From assembly GCA_973895155.1 (NCBI GenBank), contig OZ316897.1, positions 20,587,224 through 20,651,223 of the forward strand: a DNA stretch of 64,000 nucleotides. Reading direction: 5' to 3'. This DNA comes from Marsupella aquatica (Eukaryota > Plantae > Marchantiophyta). The notes below the pieces were generated by a model. The model saw only the letters and a program-made list of their open reading frames with translations, made no database searches and was not told the DNA's origin. Both the position numbers and the translations under genes were made by a program. This document shows positions 1 through 13,825 of this stretch, one piece after another; within the stretch, counting starts at the first letter, position 1; every line of letters begins with the position of its first letter.

Positions 1-3000
1 AAAACCTGAATGCAAGGTTGCTGACGACATTGAATGACCTCTCTGAATGCTGAAGAGTTGTGCCACCTTTCACTTACTATCCAAAGAATTCTAAAGTACA
101 GAAGTCACGAATATGGCATGATTTAAGATCCATGCTTTCTATTCTTTCTGATGTTCGTTCTGAGGAATGATAGCTACAATTGCTATTCCGACAGGGGAGC
201 TGCCCCAAATTGAAGTTCCATAAGTATGTTCTAAATGACATGATCACTTATTAGGTCAACAGTCCCGTCTTTGCTATCAACTAAACCATTTCATTATCAA
301 TGAACTAAAAAAACTCTTGATTCATTAAGATTCTTAGATATCCTGTGATCCATTCAGTTTCATTAAACAAGTCGTTGAGACTGATGACCACCATTGTTTA
401 ATGTTAAAGGTGCGTTGCATAGATATTCTATAACTTGACGAGACTCCCGACGTAACTCTTTCGAAGACACCGAGTGCAAAAGTGAGCCTCAACTGATGTG
501 TTGTGTATACTGAGTAAACTGGGTTCAAAATTTAAGAAGAGTGAAGTTGTGAGACTGAGACCTTTTGAGTCCCGTTACGAAGTGTAGAACAAGCCAACCT
601 GTTCTTTATTTTATGAATGAGAAGCTAACTTGCAGATATTGAGACGAAAGAACGAAACAAAAATTTTGGGTGTAGGATTGACGAATTACATCTAGGAGAT
701 TCAAAGTTTGGTTGCACTCATCATTGAGTTGAGTCGATTTCGTTTTCTAGCTCAATCCAAGTGCAATGTTGAATATACTCTTTCGTTTGCTCAGGCCTTG
801 GTATCACAACGTGAAACTTTGATAAGACTAAAAATTGAAATACCCCGTGAACTTCATCCCCTGGACATTCACTCGATCATCATAAGAAAGACAATTGTTT
901 ACCCAGAATTTTTGTTTGCTTAAGCTTTTCTTGGAGCTTCTGTGACTTACCGTAGTTGTTGCGTGTGGACAAGCTTCGGAATCGTCGTTTGAGGGACAAG
1001 AGGATCATATAGAGCTTCGACACCCATTGGAAAAATTGAACAATTACGCTTCCGCAGAGCTGCCACGAGGACTTGTGCTGTGCGAGTGAGGAAGCTACCG
1101 GCCGGTCGTCGGTGTCGCAGTTTGGGAACGCCAGCCAAGAAAATAAAGAAGCAAGAGGTGTAGAACATGAGGGCGAAACCATAACCCCAACCGGGGCTGA
1201 CATTGGTGAGGAGGTAAACTCCTAGGAATATAGCCACCAGATAGCTCGCGTGGATGAAGAAAAAGAACCAAGCAAAGAAATGAACGCTTTGTTTGTGCTC
1301 TGCAGGCTTCAATTCATCAAATTGATCAGCCCCAAGAGATAGTAAATTAGGAGCAACCAATCCCCAACCAAGGGCTGTCGCGTATAAGGCAATGTACACA
1401 GGGACCATGTATCGTGCACCCGCTGGTGAGCATGGTGTGTTCAGCGTGCATGGCCTCAGGTGCAAACCGGAGGTAGCCGCTATCAACGTCAAGAGGCCTA
1501 AACCCTGCCCACAATCAATAATCAAAATGGACTTCAGAAACCTCACCTCCCCCATTCCCTCTAGACTGTTTCCATGTGATTGTTATGATAGATTTGGCCA
1601 ATTTTATTTCCGTCCATCCTTGTACTGTGAGCCCATCATGATTAATTACAAGTCCTGGTTAAGACTACCTCCCTGCGGTCTGCGTCCAGCAAACAGGGCT
1701 CCAATTAACGACATTGCAGCACATTCCTTCGTGAGAATTGTCCACATGGAAGCCTGCAGCCTGCTCAACCTGGCTGCAGACTCTTAATTAGAGGATCAAC
1801 TTCTTCGATGTTGCCGAAATGTCACGGTGAAATGACATTGGATGCCATAATCTTGTTGCGTTGCATCGTGGTGTAGTGTATTGCTTCTCGGCCTCTTGGG
1901 GGATTTAAAGCTTCGTTCATATTTAAATGATTGTTGTATTAAGCATCGTTGGCAACAGTCCTAGGCATGCTGGAACTGATGTACGAACCGCAAATGGCGC
2001 CTAATTGAGTTGCTTTCTATCCTTGACATTGATCGTTTATGTTCACGACTGTGGAATCAAGTGTTTGTGAGTGATGCCAGAGAAATAACGAAAACAAAAA
2101 ATCTCGAAGAACAATGCAAGCAATCTCTATTGGTTGACGCATGCAAGAAGAGAATTTATGGGATACGAAGTTCGAAATTTACATGCTTGATCAGGATTTC
2201 TATTTTTCACAGATGACGCCCTAGTTTAGATACATGGAGGCCGTGCTAAGTCCTATCGGCACCCATAGCTGAATCTAAGAATGCGAGAGAACTGTTTGGC
2301 AAAGGGACACACGGAACATCAATGTAGAATACACGCACCGAAACCGAGGCGAGTGCACCTCCAACAATTGTCCAGAAAGACCCAAGGTAGCTATCCGCAA
2401 TGAAAGCTCCGAAAACTGAGAGGAGAAAGTTGGTGCCTGCAAAATTCGTGGTGATGGTTGCTGCTGTCGATATCGGCTGGTGAAAATATTTGACCAAGTA
2501 AGTCACCGATGTCAAAATCAATAACAAATAGATGGAGCTGCCAGAAGCAAAAGCTGCACATAATCCACAGAGGAGAATTATGTAATTATCTAGAGCCTCT
2601 TCCAGCATTTGACCATTGAGTGACTAATGCCCGAGCAATTAACTCAATTCAGTAATCTCCTGTACAGTCCAAGTCGACCATACCGGTAGTCTAAACGAAA
2701 ACACATAGCTTTGCTCTCAACTTTGCTTTCCCGGGCCATCCTTGACGACTGCCTGAAGCATATGGAAGGTATTGAAGGTTCCCATTTGAACATCAATGAA
2801 ATGCACTCCGGTAATCCGCATAATATGAAGGTCTCCATCATAAAAGCATTCTGTCCAGTGTACATAGTAGTTACCATATACAAATGGCGCGGCCTTCCAT
2901 GTTCCAGTCTTCGACGTGTTTACAGGATGACCTCTTAGGGTCACATATAAGAATTTTTCGCCCTCAGCAACTTGCTGATGATTTTGAAGCTCGACATGAT

Positions 3001-3402
3001 CTCTCTTCGACTCTGTATAACCACTAGCCTGCAAGCATACCCAGAGACTTAAATTCCCACAACCTGTTTGTTAACGAGGTCTTGCTGTCTTTCATCACTA
3101 AGGCTTGCATTGTTAAATAAATACAGAACCTGTCAATCAGGTATTCAGCCACATCGTCACAGTCCGAGTAAGTACTAGACAATGAAGCAGCCTAACCCGA
3201 CGAGTGTCTATATCACTATAAGGGTATTGTCCGAAGAAGTAACTATGTAGAGAGCATCCAGAGTAGTTATAAACTAATCATTCTTCATAATGCTTACAGG
3301 TTGTCCACGTCCCTTGCCTAAGAAGTGAAAGTTCGTGCAGCATTTCAATTTAACTCTACAAGGCAGGAACCTATCTGGATGAAGTACGAGGTTTAGTACC
3401 AT
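1..3402 (-). CDS. NRT1/PTR (NPF) family transporter, 3'-truncated by window edge; exons 3402-3400 (ATG, tentative), 3028-2875, 2553-2339, 1504-951, 5-<1
   Basis: Spliced translation contains typical NPF motifs: TGTWKAAPF, VTYL...GAFIADSYLG.FWTI, LGADQFDE, HFFAWFFF, WGYGF, RHRRPAGSFLTR.AQVLVAA. GT/AG junctions are phase-consistent, and the next exon begins RF at nt 5. Confidence 0.88.
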
Positions 3403-3586
3403 AGAATGCCAATCAGATGGGTGACAGCTACAGTTGTAGCTCGAGTGTTCGTTTCGAGCTCCGTCTTACAGTCCTGAATCCGATTGCAGATCTCAAATTC
3501 AGCACTCAGTTGAAGAAGCAATGTCTCCGGAATTTCGCAACCCAACGTGATTTGCCTTGACAGGCACTCCCGCACAGTGAGTTAGA

Positions 3587-4790
3587 CTAAATGACAAGTT
3601 TCCGGTTGAGGTCACATTCTCCAGGCAATCTTGCGCCCCTGCACATCAAAAAGCGAGTTACATTAAATGACAATTTTCCGATGAGGTTACATTCTTGAGT
3701 CAATCTTGCGTCCCTGCACACAAAAACATGTAGGCCTACGATGTCCAGTAACCACTGATATAACAGAACTGTCGAGTAATTGTACATCAACACTCAGTGG
3801 CCTCGTGATACCTGCGGACAATCCCATTTATGAGCCCCTGCAACCTGTGGGCACATGCAGCATGCCATAGTTCTCTCTGTGGTGCTGCTTTTTTATGTGA
3901 ATTTATCAAAAGGGCACTCACTGCTACAAGAGAACAATGAGGTTGCAGATCAGAAAGCAGTGGCCTATAATGTACTTGGAACAAACTCAGTCGTATATAA
4001 GAACAATGGGTTGCACATCAAAAGGCAGTGGCATACAATGTACTTGGAACAACACTCAATGTCATTGTGGTAACTTCTCATCAGAAAACAGCAGCCGGGG
4101 TATGTAAGTCGAACAACACTCAGACACTGATATAAAAGAACAATTTGATTTATTGTGATATGGAAAATCTGATCGACATGTGGGCACTTGCTACATGGTA
4201 CAATTTGATATTTTGTGATGTGGAAAATCTGTTCAAACTGTGGGCACTTGCTACATGGCACAGCTCACGTGATGTTGCTGCTTTTTTATGTGAATTTACC
4301 ACGAAAGTTCTTGGTGATAGAAGAACAATGGGGTTGCACATAAAAAAGCAGTGGCCTACAATGTACTTGGAACGACGCTCACTGAATGATGGGTCTGCTT
4401 TTGGCTTTCAAGGCCGAAAACAAAATGGTCCGTCCTCTGTTGGATGGGTCTCATTTCGGCTTTCAAGGCTAAAAAAAGCACTCTCCGATGTAAAAGAACA
4501 ATAGGGTTGCACATTAAAAAGCTGTGGCCTACGATGTCCTTGGAAGAACACTTTAGTGGCGTCATAATAAGTACACATCAAAAAGCAACAGCTGGATAGG
4601 TAGAAAGAACAACGCTCAGCGGCATTATGATAAGTGCACGTCAAAAAGCTGCAGCAGGATCGGTAGAATGAACAACAAATCAATGGTATGAACTAACAAT
4701 TGAATGTATCATGGAATGGAGAATTTATTTTAACCTGTGAGCATGTGGTGCCGCTTGGCACAATACACCGTATTCTGTTGCTTTTTAAAG
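3587..4790. repeat. Degenerate nested tandem repeat (~60-bp subunits within ~400-500-bp blocks)
   Basis: Recurrent motifs gggttgcacat(c/a)aaaaagc, gtggcctac(a/g)atgt(a/c)cttggaa, ctgtgggcac, gctgcttttttatgtgaattta. Confidence 0.7.
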
Positions 4791-6704
4791 GTGCCTTTTT
4801 TCACAAAGAAGATGAGTGATAGGCAAGAACAATCAGGTTATTAATAGTGATAGGGAAAACTCATCCAACGAGTGGGCACAGTATTCTACTCAGCTACTTT
4901 TTGTGCATTACAAGAATACAAAGTTAGTGTACTTAATTAGTTCAACTCTGGCAGCTTAAGAATCAAAATTTCCACGTTTGCATCAATGTCGCATTTACCC
5001 ATTTGAATCAACCCATAATTTTGAAGTTTTTGCCTAAAAGCTGGGCAGGCACCTCACTTCAAATAATTTAATTTTTTTACAGTACAGTACTGCAGAAGCT
5101 TCATTAAGTTGTGGGGCCATGTCCTGTGAATTGTTGGCAGACGGACCCGATCGACCACCATTGCAGAGCGAAAAGCTCAAACAAAGGCCGCCGACGAGGT
5201 CTGACCAGTAGAAATCCTGCGAAGAGCCTCACGAGTTGCTCGTGTCTGACAGCAGGACTGTAACGGGGACTGTAAAAACCAAAGGTACAGTAAAGCACAG
5301 CTATTTTCAAACTTTAGATACAACACAACTCATAGCCTGAGTCAAATTCTTAATGTTTTTTCTTTAGGTAGAATGTCGTTACAGACAGGATTTATAGTTT
5401 CTATCTGTCTCCGTCGCTTGGCCCTCATCTATCGTAGTCTCCATCGACCAAGAGACGGAAACAGATGAGTGGGCAACCAGGATTACCGATTCTATTGACA
5501 GCATGTTCGATTGAGTGCCTCGGAGACTTCCTGCGGTCCTCACGTCCTTCAAAATCAGATGAGGCCTACAAGGCAATATCAACATGACCATTGTTTTGCA
5601 GTACTACTACAGGACTGTAGTCAGACTCTTGTTCAAAAGTTCGAAATGAAGTCACGTGCAACCTAAGTATATGCCGCCACCGCAAAGTGGCATTGAATGC
5701 AGAAAGACCCCAGTAACAATAAGTATCCAATCAGCTAAAGGTGGTTGAGTGGTTTGGAAGCCAGATTCTAAGAAATACATTATTTACTGAGAGCTCTTTT
5801 GCATTCCATAAAGTTTCCGTCCGAAGATTAGAAAATGGACATTACATTGTTTACTGAGATGGACAGGTTACCAACCGAGCAGTGACCGCAGCCCTCCATG
5901 TTTTGACTGGGCTGCAGTCTGTACCAGATTATGCATCAAAGAAAAGTTCTATATTTTGGAACGTCTGTGGTTGGGGATATCAATGCTTGGCGGAAAAATA
6001 GCACTCGCTTCGATCTTGATAAATAGCTCCACATGTATATTGAACGGAAGGAAACCTCACGACTAGCCCAGCCACGCAATTCACCAAACAAATTGAATAG
6101 CGTCATTTATATTTCGTCCCCATAAATATGGTAACTGCTGATACATGAAAGATACAAAAATATCAAATCATGTTTGCAAGCACGTTGCGCAGGTTGCTCA
6201 AGAGTGGCATCTCCTCCTTCAAAATTATGGTACCCCACGGTATTGTTTGATGACAAGGTACAAATTTAAAAGAAATGTGATAACTGATTCCGGCAGAGAG
6301 GGAGTGACATATATTGGTTGATTACAATAACAAGGTTCTACAAATATGAAAACACTGCAGACACGAGTGCTGGGAGCATTAGACGTAATGACAACAACTA
6401 CGAACAATACACACGGAGTCCAATCCATTCAATATGTAATTAATGGCAAAAGTAATCGGCAATCCATTCCGTTGGATATGTAATGACAAAGATATTACTG
6501 ACACGAGGAATCTTACAATGCACAGTACCATCATTTTGGTATGAATAAAATCTCAGATTCCTTGAGCTTCTCATTTGCTTAAAATTTTCATTCGCGTCAT
6601 GGTTCTCTTTTGGTTTTCTTAGAGTCTTTTTTAAAAAACATTTTGACTAGGTTTGCAAGTGGGAACTTACTCTAAAGCTCGACATGTTCAAATGGCTCAT
6701 TCTT

Positions 6705-7470
6705 AGCACATGTCTACTGTTGGGTTGTTAACATTACAAGGTCCGCCACTTTCAGACCGGACAAAATTTTGGCTCATCCTTGTGGACATGTCTACTAGCT
6801 CGTCTGCTTCAATTCAAAGCGAACAATAGATATTACAAGGTACGACAGTTTTAGACAGCCTAAAAACGGCCCATCCTTGAGGAGTTGTCTATTGGGTTGT
6901 TTGCTTCGGGGTTGTTGGCTTCGCACAGAACAGTTGGCATTACAAGCTATCACACTATTAGACAAGACAAAAATGGCATATCCTTGTGCAGATGTCTACG
7001 AGGTTGTCAACTTCAAAGAGGACTGTTAACGTTAGAAGGTACCACAGTTTTAGACAGCATAAAAACGGCCCACCCTTGAGGACGTGTCTGTTGGGGTGTC
7101 TGGTTCCAAAAGAATAGTTGACATTACAAATTCCTACTGGTTTAGACAGCATTAAAATGGCCCATCCGGGAGGACATGTGTACTGGGTTGTAAGTTTAAA
7201 AAAGAAGAGCATGCTTCCAAAAGAATAGTTGACATTACAAATTCCTACTGGTTTAGACAGCATTCAAATGGCCCATCCGGGAGGACATGTGAACTGGGTT
7301 GTAAGTTTAAAAAAGAAGAGCACAAGTTACTTCAGTTTTAGACAGCATAAAGAATGCCCATCCGTGAGGACAAGGCTATTGGGTGTGCTGCAAAAAGAAC
7401 AGTTTTAGACAGCATATAAATGGCCCATCCGTGAGGACATGTCTATTGGGTTGTCTGCTTCAAAAGGAGC
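6705..7470. repeat. Tandem minisatellite, ~90-125-bp unit
   Basis: About 8 copies of ttttagacagcat..aaatggcccatcc.(t/g)gaggacatgt..a.tgggttgt; 7104-7210 is almost exactly repeated at 7215-7321. Confidence 0.8.
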
Positions 7471-8436
7471 AGTTGTAGATAGATATAGGAAGAACTCCAA
7501 GCGTATGTTCTCAATCTAAGGTCGTGTGAGAAATGAGCTGTGGGTGACCTGAACTTCTATCTCTGATTGCGTTGCCGCCTCAACTGTACACAGTAGCCAG
7601 CCGCCAGAACATATTTTCTAATAAATTCATCTCCGTGCTTCTATTATCTCCAAGATGTTCATGCACTATTTCCAGATACAATGGTTTGGAAAATATGGGT
7701 CCTCAATGAAACAGGCAAATACCTTAAAACCATCCTACACAACTTGAAAGTGCAACTAACAGTTCTAATCCCAGCTGCCCTCAAGACGATACTGTCTGAG
7801 TCTCTCATTGTGCAACAAGATTGTGACTCAATCTCGTTCGAATGAGGAAAATCTCGTCGGGCAATGGCGATTTCACGTAGAGCTCGCCTCCACTCACACA
7901 AAGGTTATCGATACATTTACAGGTTTACAGTAGAGTAGGCTGTAGGATTGCATGACACAAGACATCGTGAAGCAGCAATTATGAGAGCACCACCACCTCC
8001 TGTTTCTTTCGCTCTTAGGCGGACTATTTCACTCCTCGAAACCTAAAGTAATTCGACGACAGAAATGGAAGGAATGGTCCTTTGCGCTGTTCAAAAATAA
8101 CCAAAAAGGTAACCAACAACAATAATCAGATGATGGGCAGGTCACCAATCAGTCTACAAAACTTTGCAAACACACTTGTAGATTATCAACAGACAAACTT
8201 CTGTAGATTAACTCAGCTTCTCGTTCTTTCATCGATTAAAGAGATACACATTTCGTCATCTGCGTAACCTACAAAACTTCGCAGCTACCGAGTCCTGAAG
8301 ACTCCGCACCATGCCCCAATTCAATAAAATTACATCTACCAAACTCACCATCAACTCCCGAGGAGTTCTTGACGACGAGGAAGTTCGTCGATGAATTGCA
8401 CATTTCATAGATGGCAAACTAAAGTGAGAAGCCAGG

Positions 8437-11400
8437 TCAAGTCGGAACAAGACATCCAGTGAGACGGGGGTCAGATGGGAAGACCACCTTGGACAGGGCG
8501 AACGCAAACGGTATGGCAACAATGACGGCACACCATTGCCAACTGAAAAGTGCGAAGTTTAGCCGTTCTCTCCATCCCTTCCTGAGGAGTTTCCTCCGAG
8601 TGATCTCACCGAGCATCGTCGAGCCGTCCTTCAAAACAGGCACGACATCAACCGAAGCAGCTGTTGCCATCTCATTCCCTTCCTCACTACTCTCGGCGAT
8701 GATGTCAGAAGCAGTAGCTGCAGCATTCTCAGGCTCACTCCTGAGAGACTCATCATCACTGCAAGACCACTTGTCGACACAATTGCAAGTGATAGACCCA
8801 GCCTGCAAGTTAGTAGCAGCCTCTCCATCCAACGACACCCTCTTCATTTCCTCCTCGTCTGAGACCTCAGGTTTGAGCTCCACGGCCATTTCTCCTGACG
8901 CAATCCTGAAGTGATTTCCTCCGGTCTTCAGAGCAAGCTCTGGTCGAGAGGATTCATTTGCCTGCATGAGGGGAGCTGCATCTGAAGATGGGTGGTTTAG
9001 TCTAAGCCTGAACTCATCATTGACGTCTGGGTTGTCCGTCTCCTGCGCTGGGGGAGTTTGGGGAGCAGGGGCTGTGGGAGAGGTGGAAGGGTCTAGGACC
9101 ATATTCTTCCAGGCCGCTCGTCCCTCCTCGTGGTCCGAATCGTCACTCTCCGTCTTGAGAGACTCATCAGAGGCGATGGGATTGGTGCGCACGCTCCACC
9201 CAGTGCTGGTCGATGTCGGCGTTCCCAAGTCCATGTCGGTGCCCAGTTTGTCTCCTGACTCGTCCCCTTCCGTGAATCTGGCCAAGTCGTTGTCCGCATA
9301 TATGGCCGAAGAGGACACCGACTGGGGACTTGCAAAATTCTCTTGGAGAGAACGGACTAGTCGCCTCGGGGTCGAGAATGCCAAGAAATCCTCCGCTGCG
9401 AGCAATGGTTTCGTGCTCTGCACAATGACAGACTGACCACGTTAGAAACTTGCGCTATGAGGACAGATCGATCAGAGTTCCAAGAACACCAAGAACTACG
9501 GGTGAAACACGAAGAGATACTCGTGAAATCTCAGAAACTCTTGGGTGGAAAGCAAGAGGGACGTTACAAGACTATTCAGGACCAAGCCAGCGATTCATCT
9601 TCTAGAGAATGCGCGAGACAGATTCCATAAAACGGTAAATCTTGAGTATCAATTTGGATTGGACTGGAATAGATTGGGCTATGTCAGTGGTCGAGTAGAT
9701 AATATACAAAATACGTAGTATGAGACAAGCTAGGCAAGAAACCAGCGGGAAGGGAGTATATCCAACTCGAAACTAGTGCGATCACAAAATTGCCAAGAAA
9801 CTGCTATGAATGAGAAAGGCCCAGCGCAAAGAGGAACAAGATCTTCGTTGGGCTAGACCCGAAGATCGTTGGTTGCAAAGTCTGGAATGTACATGGTGCG
9901 TTCTTTGGCCTATAGGTTACTACTATAATAAGCCTGTGAGTGCATGGAAAGAGGAATAAACCCTTCATCGGCCAAAACCCAAAACTACACTTGTTGCAAA
10001 ATGCGGAATCTCTATCTGCGTGTCCCTTGGCCTACAGGTGGTAATTACAAACAGCTGAGCAGAAACTGACAAATCCATAGACAAGGCCACAGTAGCAACT
10101 AGAAAAAACGCCCAATCAATTGAAGACAGTCATGCAGAAGATGTGCTAAATACTGGAACCAGGAAGAAACACTACTCCACAAAACATCTAAGTGGTGACA
10201 AAACGCATAAGAGAGCTAATAGGACAATAGTTGCATCAGTTGGTTACAATTTTGTGTCACCGATGATATCCATACCTGGGGACTGAGAGGGACCTGGAAG
10301 GGGGTCAAATGCACTGGGGAGCCGACTCTCAGTGGGCTGCCGAGAAGGCTGCTCGTGGCCTCCATTCCGTCGCCATTCCTCTTGAGATTGAAGGGGCTTA
10401 CAGCAGAGGCGACACTTTCGTCGTCTTTTGTCCGGGGAGAAGACCTCAAGGACGGGCCTTTCAGCTCAAACACATGCTTCATAGTCGACCCGTTGAGCAC
10501 CCCATGGTTGCTACGAAAAGTAAACCCGTTCGTCGGTGAGGCTTTAATACCACTGTCTCTGCTGGTCTTCATCTGTAACAGCTCTAACTCCTGTCCAGGC
10601 CCAGAGCGTGGGGTATTACCATTTGGCGAGATAAACATATCCTCATCGTCTGCAAGAAAATTTTCTCCAAACTCGTCCCTGCTTCCAATAGCACTCAAAG
10701 GATCTGGTGAAACGGGAGAGCTGTCTTCGTGTTCCTCCGAACACACTTCCGAGCTCAATTCTGCCACATAACCATACACGAAACAAGCCATCGATGAGAT
10801 CCTCCACTTCCAAAAGTGAGTATGCACAGGTTCACATCCTGCACCAGTCAACTCACAGCTCACCAAGCAAATAGCTCTTTCCGTGACGAGCAAAATACGT
10901 CATTGTGCCTGTACATGACTCGGGACGTTCATATCTGCGAATAAGAAATCACGGCCCCAGTTGGGTCGAAGCTATAGAACCCCAGCGGCTAAGAATATCA
11001 CTTTCTTGAAATTTGTTGCCGAGCCATCATTATTAAACATGGTAGGCACAAAAATTCACACATCATCAAACTGTAATCTGAAGCGTGAGACCCTTCGAAT
11101 TACCAGGGTGGATAGTATCATAATCAACCACAGGCAGTCTAACAAACTAATCCACTCACAACAATGACGTAATACACTTCATATTGACAACCTCCGGAAC
11201 AAATCACTTCAAGAAGAGTTCTCTACATCACGAAATCTTAACCTTGAATGCACGCAGGCGATAGGTGGGGAGATGATCATCGACAAGCAGAAAACAGTCT
11301 GACAAGATCAATTCAACCGACTCACAAAGACAATCTCCAGACAAATCACTCCAAGAACTCACAGAACATGAGCAGTGTGGAAACAGGGTAGACAGCGCAA

Positions 11401-13825
11401 ACAGTTGCAAGCTAGGGGAATTTCTAACGAAGGCCAAGAGCTCACTACAAACGGAAGATTCCTCAAACCGGGAAAACAGCGCTGAGAAGACTTACGGAAT
11501 TTTCAAAAAGAGCCAACTCTGACCAATGAATGAATGAATTTTCAAGAAACATCAAGAAGGCAAAGAAGCTTCCCAAAAAATCAGGGGGAAAATAAGAAGC
11601 GCAAAAGCTGACAGCAGAAGGGTAAGAGTTAGTGCTCACCGCCACCGACTTCTGTGGACAACTGGTTCAGATAAACTGCCCCTTCATTAGCCGCTAGTTT
11701 GCTTGGAAAGAGATCAGAGTCGAACGTCAGACCACCAATCTTGGTATCGGAGTCATGTGACGGCAAATTCTCCTTCCTAGGGGACTCGGCATCGTGCAAG
11801 GAGGTGACAGAGTTGTCCAAAGTGCCCATCTGGGATTGAAGCCTTGTGGCTTGGAGAGGGGACCTGTGTGGCAATTGTTCCAAGGCTGGAGCCGTGGATG
11901 CAGGACCAACACGGGAGCGAGGAGACTCTGAGAATGCGGGAGAGCTCCGAATGTGGGCTTTGGGGCTCCTACTCGAGTTCCACCCGGGAGGAGACATCAT
12001 GTCATCCGACGAAACACCGCCTAAGCTACTTCTTCTAAGAGGAGAGGATGTGCTTGGCTCTGGGGTCGCAATCATCCACGAGAGCAGTTCATCTCCATCG
12101 CTGGAACGTCTGCAGTTCTCCTCGGAGATGATCTCTTTCGCGGTCTTCAACGCTTCTTTGACAGCCAACCTGACATTGGACATCCGGTCGTGCTTACAGT
12201 TATCCAGAGCCTGCACGGTACTGCTCAGCTCCTCTGCCAGTGTGGCTCTATCCACCGTGGGGAGAACAGCTGTTAAGAGACGAGCCGCACAGGCCCTCTG
12301 CTGCCAAGATGCGGAGACCCCAGAGGACTTCAAAATCTCGACTCCAGACCTGAGAAGAGTGACACCATAGCTGGCAAGGAATGCGGAATTGGAGGCGGCT
12401 AAGGAGCTAGCCAGATGCATGTGGGCGACGGTCCTCGTGCCTTTCTCTGTCAAGGCTACGGTGGTCTTCAGGCAGAGGTCTTCGACGACGGAAGAGGGAG
12501 CAAATTTCCATTTCTCGCTCTCGACCAATGTTTGGAGGCATAGTGCCGCACCAGCAGCAAGCGGCTCTAGCTTCCCGGTGAGAACCTCCAGCAAGGGATT
12601 GCACAAATCCCTCAAGATGTCGGCGGCTTGGGCAGGCGATCCCTCGTCGATCGCATGTTTCGCAACGGCAGAGATTACTTTAGCACAAGCCTGTTGAAGT
12701 TGTGGTGAGCTGCCACTAGAAGAGAGGGTTTTGGTGACGGTGGTCATCACCCGGGGGATGTGTGGGATCATGAGCTTCCCATGGACGCGGGCCACGTCCT
12801 CGTAGAGAGAGATGGCATGTCTTCTTGAGGACTCCTTGGCCTCCGAAACCTGAAACGAAGAATCACTCGTCATGGTCAGAAGAAATTCAATAATTGAACA
12901 ACATATGGCTCCACTAGAGCCTCCGATATGTCGAACGTTCCATCCGCAATCTTTGACAGACTAGACAACCGAATCCAAAGTTCCCCACGTTTCGCCATCT
13001 CCAAGCGATAAAAGTCCTGTCCCACACGCCGACATACACAGTTTCCTTTCAATGAACAGAGTCTACAGTCCCTTCCATGAACAGAGTCTCCATTCACGTA
13101 AACCCTCGTGAGTCTCCTTTCCAATTTCGTCGAAGATAATGGGCCATAACCCCCTCGTCAGCCTGTCACCAAGATTCCTTCATTTGAATTTCTATGCTAC
13201 TGCCACGGATCAAAGCCGCCATTCCTCCCAAGCATGGTTTTTCGAAAACTCACAAGGACGGTGTCCGCCCGGTGACCCATGGGCCGGAGGAAGTTATGGG
13301 GTGTAATCCCCGAAGGCGAACATCCACAGTTGTGTGGAAAAGAAAACCCCAAGAGTCGCTCCGAATCTCCCCAGTATTCGTGCAGAGGGAATCAAATTCA
13401 AGGATTCGACCTTTTTGGAAAAGTTCAGAGCTTCAGGGCTGTACTTTAAACAAAGAAACGTTGAGCTTTGAATCTGTTTCTCAGAGCTTTGAATCTGTTT
13501 CTCAGAGCGCTCTGAAGAACATGTGAACGTTGCAAAAATGATCATGGATTACAAATCTGACACTTATTTATTCACACCTCGCTAAAGTGGAGTAGAATAG
13601 AGCATCATTGATTGCTATTGGTGTAGGAAAAGGGTGTACCTGGCCGATGAATCGGGGAATGGAGGCGGAATCCATGCCTTCAACACACTGCTTCAGAGAG
13701 TTCAGCGCATTTCGTCGCGTCTCGCCATCCCCCAGCTTAATGAGCGTTTGCTTCACCTGAGCAGAGGTCATGCACCTTGCTGATGCAGTCGATGATGAAC
13801 TTTTCTCTCGTGCGTCCTCCCTCAT
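8437..13825 (-). CDS. SINE1/SINE2-like (TORTIFOLIA1-related ARM/HEAT repeat) outer nuclear envelope KASH protein, ~953 aa; exons 13825-13640, 12849-11640, 10760-10276, 9417-8437
   Basis: N-terminal ARM region (IPRFIGQVSE...ISLYEDVARVHG...IPRVM.T..KTLSSS.SSP.LQQAC.KV), a long Ser/Pro-rich disordered middle, and a C-terminal hydrophobic segment followed by the plant KASH tail ...CLVPT*. Exons sum to 2862 nt, in frame. Confidence 0.85.

Noticed and set aside
8459-12697. Plus-strand ORFs antisense to the SINE-like gene
   Set aside because: Shadow ORFs of GC-rich coding exons.
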